Shown piece by piece: positions 49,878 to 60,262 of a stretch of DNA of 64,000 nucleotides. This DNA is from an uncultured virus (IMG/VR IMGVR_UViG_3300048536_000227) (Duplodnaviria; Heunggongvirae; Uroviricota; Caudoviricetes). Within the stretch, counting starts at the first letter, position 1; each line of letters opens with the position of its first letter. The position numbers were made by a program, and so were the translations under genes. Location: IMG/VR virus record IMGVR_UViG_3300048536_000227. The stretch is one strand, 5' to 3'. The notes below the pieces were generated by a model that ran no database searches, was not told the origin of the DNA, and saw only the letters and a program-made list of their open reading frames with translations.

Positions 49878-52190
49878 ATGGTTACAGGAAACGAGTCTAT
49901 TAATGTTCAAAAAAGAAACGGTAGAGGATTAGAAAAATTAGATATTGATAAGATACACTCAATGGTAGAGTATGCCGTTGAAGATATAACAGGTGTATCT
50001 GCTTCGCAAGTTGAAATGAATAGTGGTTTGCAATTCTTTGATGGTATATCAACGGATGAAATACAACAAATATTAGTTAAGTCTGCTTCAGATTTGATTT
50101 CTTTAGAAAATCCTAATTACACATATGTTGCTGCTAGATTACTTTTATTTGGACTAAGAAAACAAGTTTTTAGAAAGTTGTGGGATCACCCACACCTTTA
50201 CGATCACACTAAAAAATTAGTTGGCATTGGATTATATGATGATGAAATACTAAAAAAATATGATCGTAAAGATTTTGATAGAATGGAAGGATGGATAAAT
50301 CATGGCCGAGATTATGATTTTACCTATGCTGGATTAAGACAAGTTATAGACAAGTACTTAGTTCAGGATAGAAGTACAAATCAACTGTATGAAACACCAC
50401 AGTTTATGTACATGTTAATTTCAGCAACATTATTTGCCAACTATCCGATAAACACGAGGATGAGTTATGTTAAAAAATATTATGAAGCGATATCCACTTT
50501 TAGAATCAATATACCGACGCCTGTTATGGCTGGTGTCAGGACTCCTTTACGTCAGTATGCTAGCTGTGTTTTGGTTGATACTGACGATACTTTATCTAGT
50601 ATCTTCAGCTCTGATATGGCTATTGGAAGATATGTCGCTCAAAGAGCAGGAATCGGAATCAATGCTGGAAGAATACGAGGCATCAATGCTAGGATCAGAG
50701 GCGGAGAGGTACAACATACTGGAGTTATACCGTTCCTTAAAAAGTTTGAGGCGACAGTTAAATGTTGCACTCAAAACGGAGTAAGAGGTGGTTCTGCTAC
50801 AGTACACTTTCCTATTTGGCACCAAGAAATAGAAGATATATTTGTTCTTAAAAACAATAAAGGTAGTGAAGATAACAGAGTTAGAAAATTAGATTACTCA
50901 ATACAGTTATCAAAATTATTTTATGAAAGATTTATTGAAGACGCAGATATAACTTTATTTTCACCACATGAAGTACCAGAGTTATATGAGGCATGGGGAA
51001 CACCTGAATTTGATGATCTGTATTTAAAGGCAGAAAGAAAAACAAGTGTAACTAAAAAGAAAATAAATGCTCAAACATTGTTTATGGACATGTTAAAAGA
51101 AAGAGCAGAAACAGGCCGTATCTATATTATGAATATTGATCACTGTAATTCTCATTCTAGTTTTAAAGATAGAGTTTACATGTCAAATCTATGCCAAGAG
51201 ATTACATTACCAACAACACCTATTCAACACATAGATGGTGATGGTGAAATTGCATTGTGTATATTATCAGCAATCAATGTAGGTAAGATAAACAAGAGAG
51301 ACGAATTAGAAAATCTTTGTGATTTGGCAGTTAGAGGATTAGATGAAATTATAGATCATCAACAATATCCTATCAAGGCCGCAGAAATATCTACAAAGGC
51401 AAGAAGAAGTTTAGGTATTGGGTATATTGGTCTTGCACATTATCTTGCTAAAAAAGGTTATAAGTATGATCAGAAACTTGCATGGAAACAAGTTGATAAA
51501 CTAACTGAGGCATTTCAGTATTATCTATTAAGTGCTTCAAATGAACTTGCAAAAGAAAAAGGTCAGTGTGATTATTTTCATAGAACAAAATACAGTGATG
51601 GTATTTTACCTATTGATACATACAAAAAAGATGTTGATGAGATTGTTCAAAGAGAATTGTCTTATGATTGGGAATATTTAAGAAAAGAAATAAAAGAACA
51701 TGGATTAAGAAATTCAACACTATCGGCACAAATGCCAAGTGAGTCTTCATCTGTTGTATCAAATGAAACAAATGGTATTGAACCACCAAGAGATTATCTA
51801 AGTGTTAAGAAGTCTAAGAAAGGTCCTTTAAAACAGATAGTACCAGAATATAATAAATTAAAAAAATATTATACATTACTTTGGGACATGAAAGGGAATG
51901 AAGGATATATAAATATAGTTGCAGTAATGCAAAAATATTTTGATCAGGCAATCAGTGGTAACTGGTCATACAATCCTGAAAATTATGAAGATGGTCAAGT
52001 GCCTGTATCAGTAATGGCACAAGACTTATTACAAACTTATAAACTTGGTTGGAAAACCTCGTATTATCAAAACACATATGATAGTAAGAGAGAAGAAGAA
52101 GAACCGGCACATAACATTGGTTGGAAAGATGAACAACCAGAAACAAAAGAAGAGGACGATCCAGAAAACTGTGATTCGTGTACAATTTAA
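49878..52190 (+). CDS. nrdA: Class Ia ribonucleotide reductase alpha subunit
   Basis: ATP cone, PTPVMAG, SNLCQEI, C-terminal CDSC. Confidence 0.97.
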   Translation: MVTGNESINVQKRNGRGLEKLDIDKIHSMVEYAVEDITGVSASQVEMNSGLQFFDGISTDEIQQILVKSASDLISLENPNYTYVAARLLLFGLRKQVFRKLWDHPHLYDHTKKLVGIGLYDDEILKKYDRKDFDRMEGWINHGRDYDFTYAGLRQVIDKYLVQDRSTNQLYETPQFMYMLISATLFANYPINTRMSYVKKYYEAISTFRINIPTPVMAGVRTPLRQYASCVLVDTDDTLSSIFSSDMAIGRYVAQRAGIGINAGRIRGINARIRGGEVQHTGVIPFLKKFEATVKCCTQNGVRGGSATVHFPIWHQEIEDIFVLKNNKGSEDNRVRKLDYSIQLSKLFYERFIEDADITLFSPHEVPELYEAWGTPEFDDLYLKAERKTSVTKKKINAQTLFMDMLKERAETGRIYIMNIDHCNSHSSFKDRVYMSNLCQEITLPTTPIQHIDGDGEIALCILSAINVGKINKRDELENLCDLAVRGLDEIIDHQQYPIKAAEISTKARRSLGIGYIGLAHYLAKKGYKYDQKLAWKQVDKLTEAFQYYLLSASNELAKEKGQCDYFHRTKYSDGILPIDTYKKDVDEIVQRELSYDWEYLRKEIKEHGLRNSTLSAQMPSESSSVVSNETNGIEPPRDYLSVKKSKKGPLKQIVPEYNKLKKYYTLLWDMKGNEGYINIVAVMQKYFDQAISGNWSYNPENYEDGQVPVSVMAQDLLQTYKLGWKTSYYQNTYDSKREEEEPAHNIGWKDEQPETKEEDDPENCDSCTI

Positions 52191-53296
52191 TGAAAACTGT
52201 ATTTAACAAAGACAAGAAATTAAACACATTAAAACAACCAATGTTTTTCGGTGATGATTTGGCAGTTCAAAGATACGATAGTTTCAAGTATCCTGCTTTT
52301 GATAGATTGGCACAACAACAATTAGGGTTCTTCTGGAGACCTGAAGAAGTATCTTTACAGAAAGATAGAAACGACTATGCTCAATTGTCAGAATCACAAA
52401 AGTTTATATTTACTTCAAATCTTAAATATCAAACAATGTTAGATTCTGTACAAGGTAGAGGGCCATGTATTGCGTTTTTACCCTTTGTATCTTTGCCAGA
52501 ATTAGAAGGTGCTATAGTTGCGTGGGACTTCATGGAGACCATTCATAGCCGTTCATACACTTACATTATCAAAAATCTGTACTCCGACCCCTCGGAAGTA
52601 TTTGACACGATTATAGAAGACGAGAAGATTGAGAAACGTGCAAAATCTGTCACTGAAGCATATGATAGATTAATTGCTATAGGTTACAAGTATAAGTTGA
52701 ATCCTAAGTCAGTTGATGAATATGAATTAAAGAAGGCATTATGGCTTGCTTTAGTAAGTGTAAACATACTTGAAGGATTAAGATTCTATGTATCGTTTGC
52801 TTGTTCATTTGCATTTGGTGAATTAAAACTTATGGAAGGTTCTGCTAAGATATTATCTTTGATTGCTAGAGACGAAAGTCAACACCTTGCAATGTCACAA
52901 AATATAATTAACAATTATAGAAATAAAGAAAATGACAAAGTAATGAACAAGGTAATAAAAGATTGTGAAGAAATGGTTTATAAATTATATGATGACGCAG
53001 TACAAGAAGAAAAACGTTGGGCAACTTATTTGTTTCAAAAAGGTTCTATGATAGGATTATCAGATAAATTATTACATCAATATGTTGAGTACACAGCAAA
53101 TAGAAGAATGAGATTTATTGGATTAACACCTAAATATGAACAATCAACAAACAACAACCCACTACCATGGACACAACATTGGTTTAATAGTCGATCATTG
53201 CAAAATGCTCCACAAGAAACTGAAATAGAAAGTTATGTTATTGGTGGTGTAAAACAAGATGTTAAAAAAGATCAATTCAAAAAGTTTAAACTATAA
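52190..53296 (+). CDS. nrdB: Ribonucleotide reductase beta subunit
   Basis: FFWRPEEV, ETIHSRSY, LEGLRFYVSF, RDESQH, APQETE. Confidence 0.97.
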   Translation: MKTVFNKDKKLNTLKQPMFFGDDLAVQRYDSFKYPAFDRLAQQQLGFFWRPEEVSLQKDRNDYAQLSESQKFIFTSNLKYQTMLDSVQGRGPCIAFLPFVSLPELEGAIVAWDFMETIHSRSYTYIIKNLYSDPSEVFDTIIEDEKIEKRAKSVTEAYDRLIAIGYKYKLNPKSVDEYELKKALWLALVSVNILEGLRFYVSFACSFAFGELKLMEGSAKILSLIARDESQHLAMSQNIINNYRNKENDKVMNKVIKDCEEMVYKLYDDAVQEEKRWATYLFQKGSMIGLSDKLLHQYVEYTANRRMRFIGLTPKYEQSTNNNPLPWTQHWFNSRSLQNAPQETEIESYVIGGVKQDVKKDQFKKFKL

Positions 53297-53496
53297 TGAT
53301 TAAAATTAAAAAAAATAAAGATAAAACAAATATAGCAGATTTAGAATGTCCTGAATGTGAGGAAGAATATTCTATCAAATGGTATGACGAAGAATTAGAA
53401 CCTACAACATGCCCATTTTGCGGTGCTGAGTCGTTAATTGAAGAAGAGGATGCTTATTTTGAACAAGACAAAGACGACATTTCAGATTGGAATTGA
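53296..53496 (+). CDS. Small zinc-ribbon protein
   Basis: CPEC...CPFCG. Confidence 0.7.
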   Translation: MIKIKKNKDKTNIADLECPECEEEYSIKWYDEELEPTTCPFCGAESLIEEEDAYFEQDKDDISDWN

Positions 53497-54022
53497 TTAT
53501 AGTTTAACAAGTCCTGCTATTTGTGTATGCAAGGGTAAGTTTGATTTTAAAAACTGTAATATATATTATTTAACAAACGTAAAAAAATATGAAGGCAATT
53601 TTTATAATGGACAAATAAATGGTAGACTTCATTTACCCTATACCACCGAAACACAAAGACACGATCAAATTTCCGATTGGGCGATTGATATTATTAACGG
53701 CCATACTAACAATATTTTTATAGAAGGATATAGTTATGGTAGTAAAGGACTTGTATTCAATCTAGCAGAGAATATGGGTACTTTAAAACATAAACTATAT
53801 AAACTAAACAAAACATTTGAAAGTATTGTTCCAGGTAGAGTTAAAAAGATTGCCACAGGAAAAGGAAATGCAGATAAACTTAAAATGTATTTGCAGTTTA
53901 AATCAGATACAGGTATTGACTTGATGAAAGAGTTTGATCAAACAAAACTAAATAATCCAGTTACAGATGTAATAGACGCTTACTATATAGCAAAGGCAGG
54001 ATATGAAAATAATACAGTTTGA
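53450..54022 (+). CDS. RuvC-like (RNase H fold) nuclease
   Basis: IGIDYSLTSPA, IEGYSYGS, KKIATGKGNADK, DVIDAYYIA. Confidence 0.7.
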   Translation: MLILNKTKTTFQIGIDYSLTSPAICVCKGKFDFKNCNIYYLTNVKKYEGNFYNGQINGRLHLPYTTETQRHDQISDWAIDIINGHTNNIFIEGYSYGSKGLVFNLAENMGTLKHKLYKLNKTFESIVPGRVKKIATGKGNADKLKMYLQFKSDTGIDLMKEFDQTKLNNPVTDVIDAYYIAKAGYENNTV

Positions 54023-54983
54023 TAAATCAAAAGCACCAACAGCCGTTTTAGACGCAATAAAATCAGAGCATGAAATTATTAACCTATCAAATGTTAGTAA
54101 GTTTGATTATACACATTTTTATGAAATGAAAAATGCAGATTTCTTTATTAACAATGGAACATTTGGAAGTACTCACCCTAAAAGAGAATGGAAACCAAAT
54201 GCAGATAATCATAAACTAGCAGTTGGCAATCATAGAAACGATCTTGTTAATATGTTTGCACATCACTATGGTAAACCAATTATTCACTTTGAAAGTGCTA
54301 CACTTAGTAGAATTAAATGTAACTATATCAATAGATTTTACAAAAAAATATCACCAAGATTTTACAGAATGGGTTTAAATCATTGGGTGTTTAGTCATAC
54401 TAAATGGTGCAAACCTATTAAAGGTAGATTAGAAAAAGTTTTAAAGTATATAGAAGACGAGAATACGATTGAGTTTCAAAATGTATTTAATCATAAATGG
54501 AAAAACAATAAAGACGGATATATTTTAATTCTACCTGGATTAGAAGATGATCCTACTAGTTCAATTCCCGTAGATAAATTTGTTGAACAATCAGTAAAAA
54601 CACTTAAACAAATTACAAAAAGAAAAATAGTAGTTAAATCACATCCTCATAGTAAGTTGACTTATGACAATTTAGATGTTGAAGTATTAACTGGTGACAG
54701 TAGAATTGTTGATCTTAAAAAACAAGTTTATTGTGCTGTACTAGATAGTAGTACTAGTATATTTGAACTAACAGAATTAGGTATTCCTGCTATCACAACA
54801 AAACATAGTTTTGGAATGTTATTAGGTAATACAGATTTAACAAAGGTAGAGAACCTACACTATGCAAATAGTGATGATGTTTTAAAATGGTATGAACGTA
54901 TGGCTTCAACTGAATTTACTATATCAGAATATGAAGATAAAGATTTTATTTTTGCTAGAATGAAGGAGTTATTAAATGAGTAA
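54003..54983 (+). CDS. Capsule-biosynthesis-like (KpsC/S-like) glycosyltransferase candidate
   Basis: ILILPG, IVVKSHP, SSTSIFE...GIPAI. Confidence 0.5.
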   Translation: MKIIQFDKSKAPTAVLDAIKSEHEIINLSNVSKFDYTHFYEMKNADFFINNGTFGSTHPKREWKPNADNHKLAVGNHRNDLVNMFAHHYGKPIIHFESATLSRIKCNYINRFYKKISPRFYRMGLNHWVFSHTKWCKPIKGRLEKVLKYIEDENTIEFQNVFNHKWKNNKDGYILILPGLEDDPTSSIPVDKFVEQSVKTLKQITKRKIVVKSHPHSKLTYDNLDVEVLTGDSRIVDLKKQVYCAVLDSSTSIFELTELGIPAITTKHSFGMLLGNTDLTKVENLHYANSDDVLKWYERMASTEFTISEYEDKDFIFARMKELLNE

Positions 54984-55533
54984 TATAAAGGGATTACCTA
55001 AACACTTAGGTGGGCATGGTAATGTAACACATATAGATTCTGGTTTATTGCAATTTGCAAAAGATGAATTGAAATGTAAAACAATGTTAGATATAGGATG
55101 TGGACCAGGTGGTATGGTGCATGAGGCAAACAGATTAGGATTAAATGCAAAAGGTGTTGATGGTGATTTTATAACTACAAGAGAAAAATCAGAATTGTTT
55201 ATAATACACGATTTCACAAAAGGTAAATTAAACTTAGATGAAAAATATGATTTGATCTGGTGTTGTGAGTTTGTTGAACATGTTGAAAAACAATATGAAG
55301 ACAATTGGATGAGTTTAATGCAAAAGGGAAAATATATATTTGTTACTTATTCAGAACCAGGTAAACCAGGACATCATCATGTTAATTGTGAACCATTAGA
55401 GTATTGGATAAAACTATACGAAAAATATGGATTTAAATATAGAGAAGATTTAACAAAACAATCTAAAGAATTATCTACAATGAAAAGAGAATTTTGGAAA
55501 GATACAGGATTAGTATTTGAAAATGTCAGTTAA
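54976..55533 (+). CDS. Class I SAM-dependent methyltransferase
   Basis: MLDIGCGPG, YDLIWCCEFVEHV, GHHHVN. Confidence 0.8.
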   Translation: MSNIKGLPKHLGGHGNVTHIDSGLLQFAKDELKCKTMLDIGCGPGGMVHEANRLGLNAKGVDGDFITTREKSELFIIHDFTKGKLNLDEKYDLIWCCEFVEHVEKQYEDNWMSLMQKGKYIFVTYSEPGKPGHHHVNCEPLEYWIKLYEKYGFKYREDLTKQSKELSTMKREFWKDTGLVFENVS

Positions 55534-56218
55534 ATTAGTTACAACATACAACGACACATTATATAAAGATTATGCTTTTAGATTTTTTCAAACCTATAAT
55601 TGGAAGTTTGAATTAAAACATTATAATGAAGATAGAAATATGTATGATATTATTCCTGATTGTAAAAAGTTTGTTGAAAGGAATAAACATAGAAATGGAC
55701 AATCATCATATAAAGAAAAAAATACAACCTTTATAAAAGATGGTGTAAGATTTTGTTATAAAGTTTACGCCTATACACATGAAATATTACAGGCAAGTAA
55801 TGGTGTTGATGGTATCATAGGTATTGATGTTGATAGTGTATTCTATAAATCAATCGATGAAGACTGGATATTTGAAAACATACACAGAGACGATTGTATG
55901 ATAACTTATTTAGGAAGACCTAATTACAGTGAGACTGGTTTTTTATATTTTAATATGAAACATCCTGAAATTAAAAACTATGCCAAAGAAATGAAACGAA
56001 TGTATGATGAAGATTTAATATATAATCTACCTGAATACCATGATAGTTATATTTGGGATCATGTAAGAAAACAATTTGAAAGTAAAGGTGTTAAAAACTA
56101 TAATATAGGTGATGGTAAAGGTGGACATATTCAAGCAAGATCAATACTAGGTTCTATATACGATCACACAAAAGGTCCTAGAAAACTAAAAGGTAGAAGT
56201 CCAGAGGCAAGAGCATGA
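55523..56218 (+). CDS. GT-A-like glycosyltransferase
   Basis: RFCYKVYA, IDVD (DxD), SETGF, YHDSYIWD, DHTKG. Confidence 0.6.
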   Translation: MSVKLVTTYNDTLYKDYAFRFFQTYNWKFELKHYNEDRNMYDIIPDCKKFVERNKHRNGQSSYKEKNTTFIKDGVRFCYKVYAYTHEILQASNGVDGIIGIDVDSVFYKSIDEDWIFENIHRDDCMITYLGRPNYSETGFLYFNMKHPEIKNYAKEMKRMYDEDLIYNLPEYHDSYIWDHVRKQFESKGVKNYNIGDGKGGHIQARSILGSIYDHTKGPRKLKGRSPEARA

Positions 56219-56913
56219 TAAACATTTTTATAGGAATGGATACTAAAGAGAAAGTCGCATATAATGTTTTAAGTTATAGTATAATAAAACATAGTACTAA
56301 ACCTGTTTCGATAACACCTATCTATTTACCTAATATTAAAGATGACTTTGTAAGAGAAAGAGGTAACCTTTCATCAACAGAATTTAGTTTTAGTAGATTT
56401 ATAATACCACACCTTATGAACTATCAAGGATGGGCATTGTTTATGGATTGTGATATGTTAACGTTTTCTGATATAAATGAGTTATGGAGAATGAGAGACG
56501 ACAAATATGCCATACAAGTTTGTAAACATGATTATACACCTAAACATAAAACAAAGTTTTTAGGGCAAACACAAACAGCATATCCTAAAAAGAACTGGTC
56601 TAGTTTTATGTTAATGAATTGCAGAAAATGTACATCACTAACACCCAACTATGTAAATAGAGCAAGTGGTTTAGAACTACATCAATTTAAATGGTTAGAA
56701 AACGATAATCTAATAGGTGACTTACCATTAGAATGGAATTGGTTAGTAGGTGAATATGATTTTAATCCCGATGCCAAGAATGTTCATTACACTTTAGGTG
56801 GTCCTTGGTTTAAAGAATACGAGACATGTGAATATTCTTATGATTGGTTTGAAACAGAAAAAGAATGTAATAATTATGATAGTAGGATTTGGAACAAGAA
56901 AAGTAACGGATGA
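56215..56913 (+). CDS. GT8-like glycosyltransferase
   Basis: STEFSFSRF, FMDCDML, KNWSSFML, LPLEWNWLV, HYTLGGPW. Confidence 0.8.
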   Translation: MINIFIGMDTKEKVAYNVLSYSIIKHSTKPVSITPIYLPNIKDDFVRERGNLSSTEFSFSRFIIPHLMNYQGWALFMDCDMLTFSDINELWRMRDDKYAIQVCKHDYTPKHKTKFLGQTQTAYPKKNWSSFMLMNCRKCTSLTPNYVNRASGLELHQFKWLENDNLIGDLPLEWNWLVGEYDFNPDAKNVHYTLGGPWFKEYETCEYSYDWFETEKECNNYDSRIWNKKSNG

Positions 56914-57739
56914 AGTAATAAAACCTTTTGTTGAGAATGAAGGTGGAATATTTTATAAGTCCTCTACAACAATGGTTGATAAGTTTGATCAGGCAACCTG
57001 GCCTAAGTTTAACACCTCATCTTTTAAATTAAATAAACCAGATGTTGCTGTGTTTGGTATACTAAGAGGTACCGAAAGAAAACTTTATGATTGTAAAAGA
57101 TTAGGATTAAACTACTACTACTTTGATCATGCTTATTTCTTTAGTGGACATAAACCACATGAATATACAAATTTTAGAGGATACAGAATAACAAAGAATG
57201 GTGAGGCACAGACAAAGATATTAAAACTTACATTGCCTGATATACACAGAATACAAAAGTATAAACAACCACACTTAAAAGAACATATTGAATTTACTGA
57301 TAGTGTTCCTGGTAATAAGATAGTAATAATACCACCAACTGAAGCAGTTGCTAGATTTTATAAACTTGATGTAAACAATTGGATAGATGATAAAATAAAA
57401 GAAGTTAGAAAATACACAGATAAACAGTTTATTATAAGACTAAAAACATCAACACATCCTTTAGAAGAAGATTTGCAAAGGGCATTTGCAGTTGTAACAT
57501 ATCAATCAACAGTAGGTATAAAATCAGTTATGAGAGGTATTAGAACTATTTGTGATGACGTTTCAATGTGTAAACCTGTATCTATCAAAATAGAGAATAT
57601 AGAGAAAGACTATATAAGAGATAGGGACAAAGAACAGGCATGGATTGATAGTTTATTAGCAAGTCAATTTACAATGCAAGAAATAACAAATGGTATTGCC
57701 AAACAAGCAATAGATAGATTATATGATTATAACACATGA
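56876..57739 (+). CDS. Capsule-biosynthesis-like hypothetical glycosyltransferase
   Basis: FGILRGT, YYFDHAYF, YRITKN, SQFTMQEI. Confidence 0.5.
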   Translation: MIVGFGTRKVTDEVIKPFVENEGGIFYKSSTTMVDKFDQATWPKFNTSSFKLNKPDVAVFGILRGTERKLYDCKRLGLNYYYFDHAYFFSGHKPHEYTNFRGYRITKNGEAQTKILKLTLPDIHRIQKYKQPHLKEHIEFTDSVPGNKIVIIPPTEAVARFYKLDVNNWIDDKIKEVRKYTDKQFIIRLKTSTHPLEEDLQRAFAVVTYQSTVGIKSVMRGIRTICDDVSMCKPVSIKIENIEKDYIRDRDKEQAWIDSLLASQFTMQEITNGIAKQAIDRLYDYNT

Positions 57740-58535
57740 TATACCTTGGAATGAATGTTTATCCAAACAGTTATTTCCAGCAATAAAAAAAGGTTGGAAA
57801 GACGAGAACGCACCTATACATTTTTTTTGGGGATTAGGTGGACAAAATGTTAAAGGTATTAGGGAGTGTGTAGAGAAAAAAGAACAGTGGTATTATGTTG
57901 ATGTCGGATACTTCACACAACAAATAACAAGATATCCTACTCCTAAAATACATGATTACGATAAAACATATTTCAGAATAGTAAAAGGTGGTTTACACAC
58001 AATTAGAGGCAGACAAGGTAATGGTGCCAGAGTTACTGAATTAGAAAGAAAAGGAATAGATGTAAAATTTAAAGGTTGGAATACACACGATTGCAACCAT
58101 ATATTGTTATGTCCTTCTTCTCCTACAGTTACCTATCACATAAATGGTATTACACAGGAAGAATGGATACAACGAGTAACAGATGAAATTCAAAAACATA
58201 CTGATATGAAAATTGTTGTAAGACAAAAACCAAGACCTAATAATTCTGAATGGGGAACAGATATAAAAGATAAGTTAGGTATGACTCATTGTATAGTTAC
58301 AAATATGAGTCTGGCTGCAATAGATGGTATTATGAATAGAGTACCTGTAATATGCCATCAAAATAACGTTGCAGGTTTTGTGAGTGGTAGAAGTTTGAAA
58401 CATATTAAAAAACCTATGAGACCTGGAAGAAAAACAGTTGAGTCATGGATTAAAATGGTTGTAGAAAACCAATTTACAATAGATGAGATAGAGAGGGGAC
58501 TTGCTTGCAAGATTTTAAAACAACAAGATGTATAA
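57723..58535 (+). CDS. Capsule-biosynthesis-like hypothetical glycosyltransferase (paralog of the preceding gene)
   Basis: WYYVDVGYF, YFRIVK, HILLCPS, NQFTIDEI. Confidence 0.5.
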   Translation: MIITHDIPWNECLSKQLFPAIKKGWKDENAPIHFFWGLGGQNVKGIRECVEKKEQWYYVDVGYFTQQITRYPTPKIHDYDKTYFRIVKGGLHTIRGRQGNGARVTELERKGIDVKFKGWNTHDCNHILLCPSSPTVTYHINGITQEEWIQRVTDEIQKHTDMKIVVRQKPRPNNSEWGTDIKDKLGMTHCIVTNMSLAAIDGIMNRVPVICHQNNVAGFVSGRSLKHIKKPMRPGRKTVESWIKMVVENQFTIDEIERGLACKILKQQDV

Positions 58536-59214
58536 TGTAATATGTGTTTATACTGGCACAAAGTATAATGTAAAATTTGTAAATATATTATATAATATGG
58601 TTGAGAGAAATCTATCAAAACCATTTAACTTCTATTGCCTAACAGATAATCAAGGACAGAAATTCAATTCAAATATAAAGTTATTAGATGTGCCACAACC
58701 TGTTTTAAGAACATGGTGGAATAAAATGCATTTGTTTAACCCAGCATTAAACATAGAGGGTAATATTTTATATGTAGATTTAGATGTAGTTATAACTGGT
58801 AGTTTAGATGAGTTTTTTACAGACTACAAAGATGAGGATTTTTGTGTGATAAGAGACTTTGGACAACCAGATGCTATATTCAACTCTAGCGTGTTAAGAT
58901 ATAATATAAAACATCACAAACATATTTGGCATACTTACATCGCAGATAAGATGAGATACCGAGGACACCATGGTGATCAGACAGTTATTACAGAAATAAT
59001 GAAAGATAAACCAGAAACAAAGATCATGCCAGACGCATGGACATATTCATTTAAATGGCAAGAACGTGGTAAAATAGGTTCATATATGAAAGATGATCCT
59101 AATGCACACCCATGTAAACCTGGTTCGAAGATATGCGTATTTCATGGCAATCCCAATCCCGATGAGGCAATGAAGAATCGCAGTGGAAAATGGATAGAAT
59201 CACACTGGTTCTAG
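58528..59214 (+). CDS. GT-A glycosyltransferase
   Basis: YVDLDVVI, FNSSV, HGDQ, VFHGNPNP. Confidence 0.75.
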   Translation: MYNVICVYTGTKYNVKFVNILYNMVERNLSKPFNFYCLTDNQGQKFNSNIKLLDVPQPVLRTWWNKMHLFNPALNIEGNILYVDLDVVITGSLDEFFTDYKDEDFCVIRDFGQPDAIFNSSVLRYNIKHHKHIWHTYIADKMRYRGHHGDQTVITEIMKDKPETKIMPDAWTYSFKWQERGKIGSYMKDDPNAHPCKPGSKICVFHGNPNPDEAMKNRSGKWIESHWF

Positions 59215-59219
59215 CAAAT

Positions 59220-59234
59220 GTTCACGTTTTGTTC
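59220..59234. promoter_or_regulatory. Alphaproteobacterial-type LexA box
   Basis: GTTC-ACGTTTT-GTTC; promoter TTGACT-N17-TATAGT at 59271-59299. Confidence 0.55.
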
Positions 59235-59325
59235 TCATTAAAACCCAATAAAATCAACGTTTTTTAGTGCTTGACTTTTAAGCCTTTTTCCTGTATAGTA
59301 TGTGTATATGAAAAAAAAAAACACT

Positions 59326-59811
59326 ATGAAAAAACAAAAAGGATTTAGTTTAGTTGAACTACTTGTAGTTGTTGCTATACTAGGTATATTATCATCAATT
59401 GGTATTGTAACTTATTCAAAATTTACATACAGTGCTAAAATTGCTGTAACACATAAGTTCCATGAACAAGTGAAAAAATATATTATTGCAGAAACAAACA
59501 AATGTGATTTAGGATTTGATAAGATTTTTGAGGCAGATAACGGAACTCATATCACTTGTAGTGATTTGAATAGTAATTCAGGTTCTGCTTGGGATGGTTT
59601 TGATATACAACTGATGAGAGTATTCAAAGGTGTACCAAATGCTTGGGGTGCAGACCCTTTTAAAGAGGCATTAAATGTTGATTGGCATCCAAAGGCAGGT
59701 TATGTTAATGTTAGACATAGAGGTGGTGAAGTGTTAATGCAGACTTGCTTAGAAAGAACTTGTAAAGATAATTATAAAATTAGAGAAATGGTAAAAATTA
59801 ATGGAATATAA
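59326..59811 (+). CDS. Type IV pilin-like protein
   Basis: MKKQKG|FSLVELLVVVAILGIL class III signal with E5; C-terminal Cys pairs. Confidence 0.85.
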   Translation: MKKQKGFSLVELLVVVAILGILSSIGIVTYSKFTYSAKIAVTHKFHEQVKKYIIAETNKCDLGFDKIFEADNGTHITCSDLNSNSGSAWDGFDIQLMRVFKGVPNAWGADPFKEALNVDWHPKAGYVNVRHRGGEVLMQTCLERTCKDNYKIREMVKINGI

Positions 59812-59830
59812 TATGAAGGAGAAAAACACT

Positions 59831-60253
59831 ATGGAAAAAAATACAGACAAATACTTTCAATCTTTTAACGTTGTTTATAAGAGAGAGTACCGTGATCCTG
59901 AGGAAGGTTATGAAACTTTTTGGATTTCATCTACTATGTACAGAAATGTACCTATCTCTAAGATTAAGTATTACAGAAAACAATTACTTAATTTTAAAGA
60001 TTATGCAACCAAGATGTATAACGAAGAAGCAAGTAACTTCACAGGTGCTACTGCTATTGAGATAATATATCCAGATGAATATTATCAAACATATGCAGAT
60101 GTATTCGGTCCAGAAACGGCTGCTGGTGATCATCATCTATTTAATGATTTTGGTCAGTTGTATAATGGCAGACAAGGGTTTAGAAAGGACTTTGATCCTG
60201 ACTTAACGAAAAATTATACAACAAGAAAAAACTATATTTACAATTTAAGTTAG
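59831..60253 (+). CDS. Hypothetical early protein
   Basis: AAGGAG SD and AAACACTATG start motif. Confidence 0.6.
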   Translation: MEKNTDKYFQSFNVVYKREYRDPEEGYETFWISSTMYRNVPISKIKYYRKQLLNFKDYATKMYNEEASNFTGATAIEIIYPDEYYQTYADVFGPETAAGDHHLFNDFGQLYNGRQGFRKDFDPDLTKNYTTRKNYIYNLS

Positions 60254-60262
60254 GAGGACACT

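Noticed and set aside
50467..50784. Alternate-frame + strand ORF inside nrdA
   Set aside because: Fully nested in a conserved gene with no motif or SD support
19276..53296. Introns or inteins in gp43, gp41, nrdA and nrdB
   Set aside because: The ORFs are continuous, of normal length, and show no intein motifs
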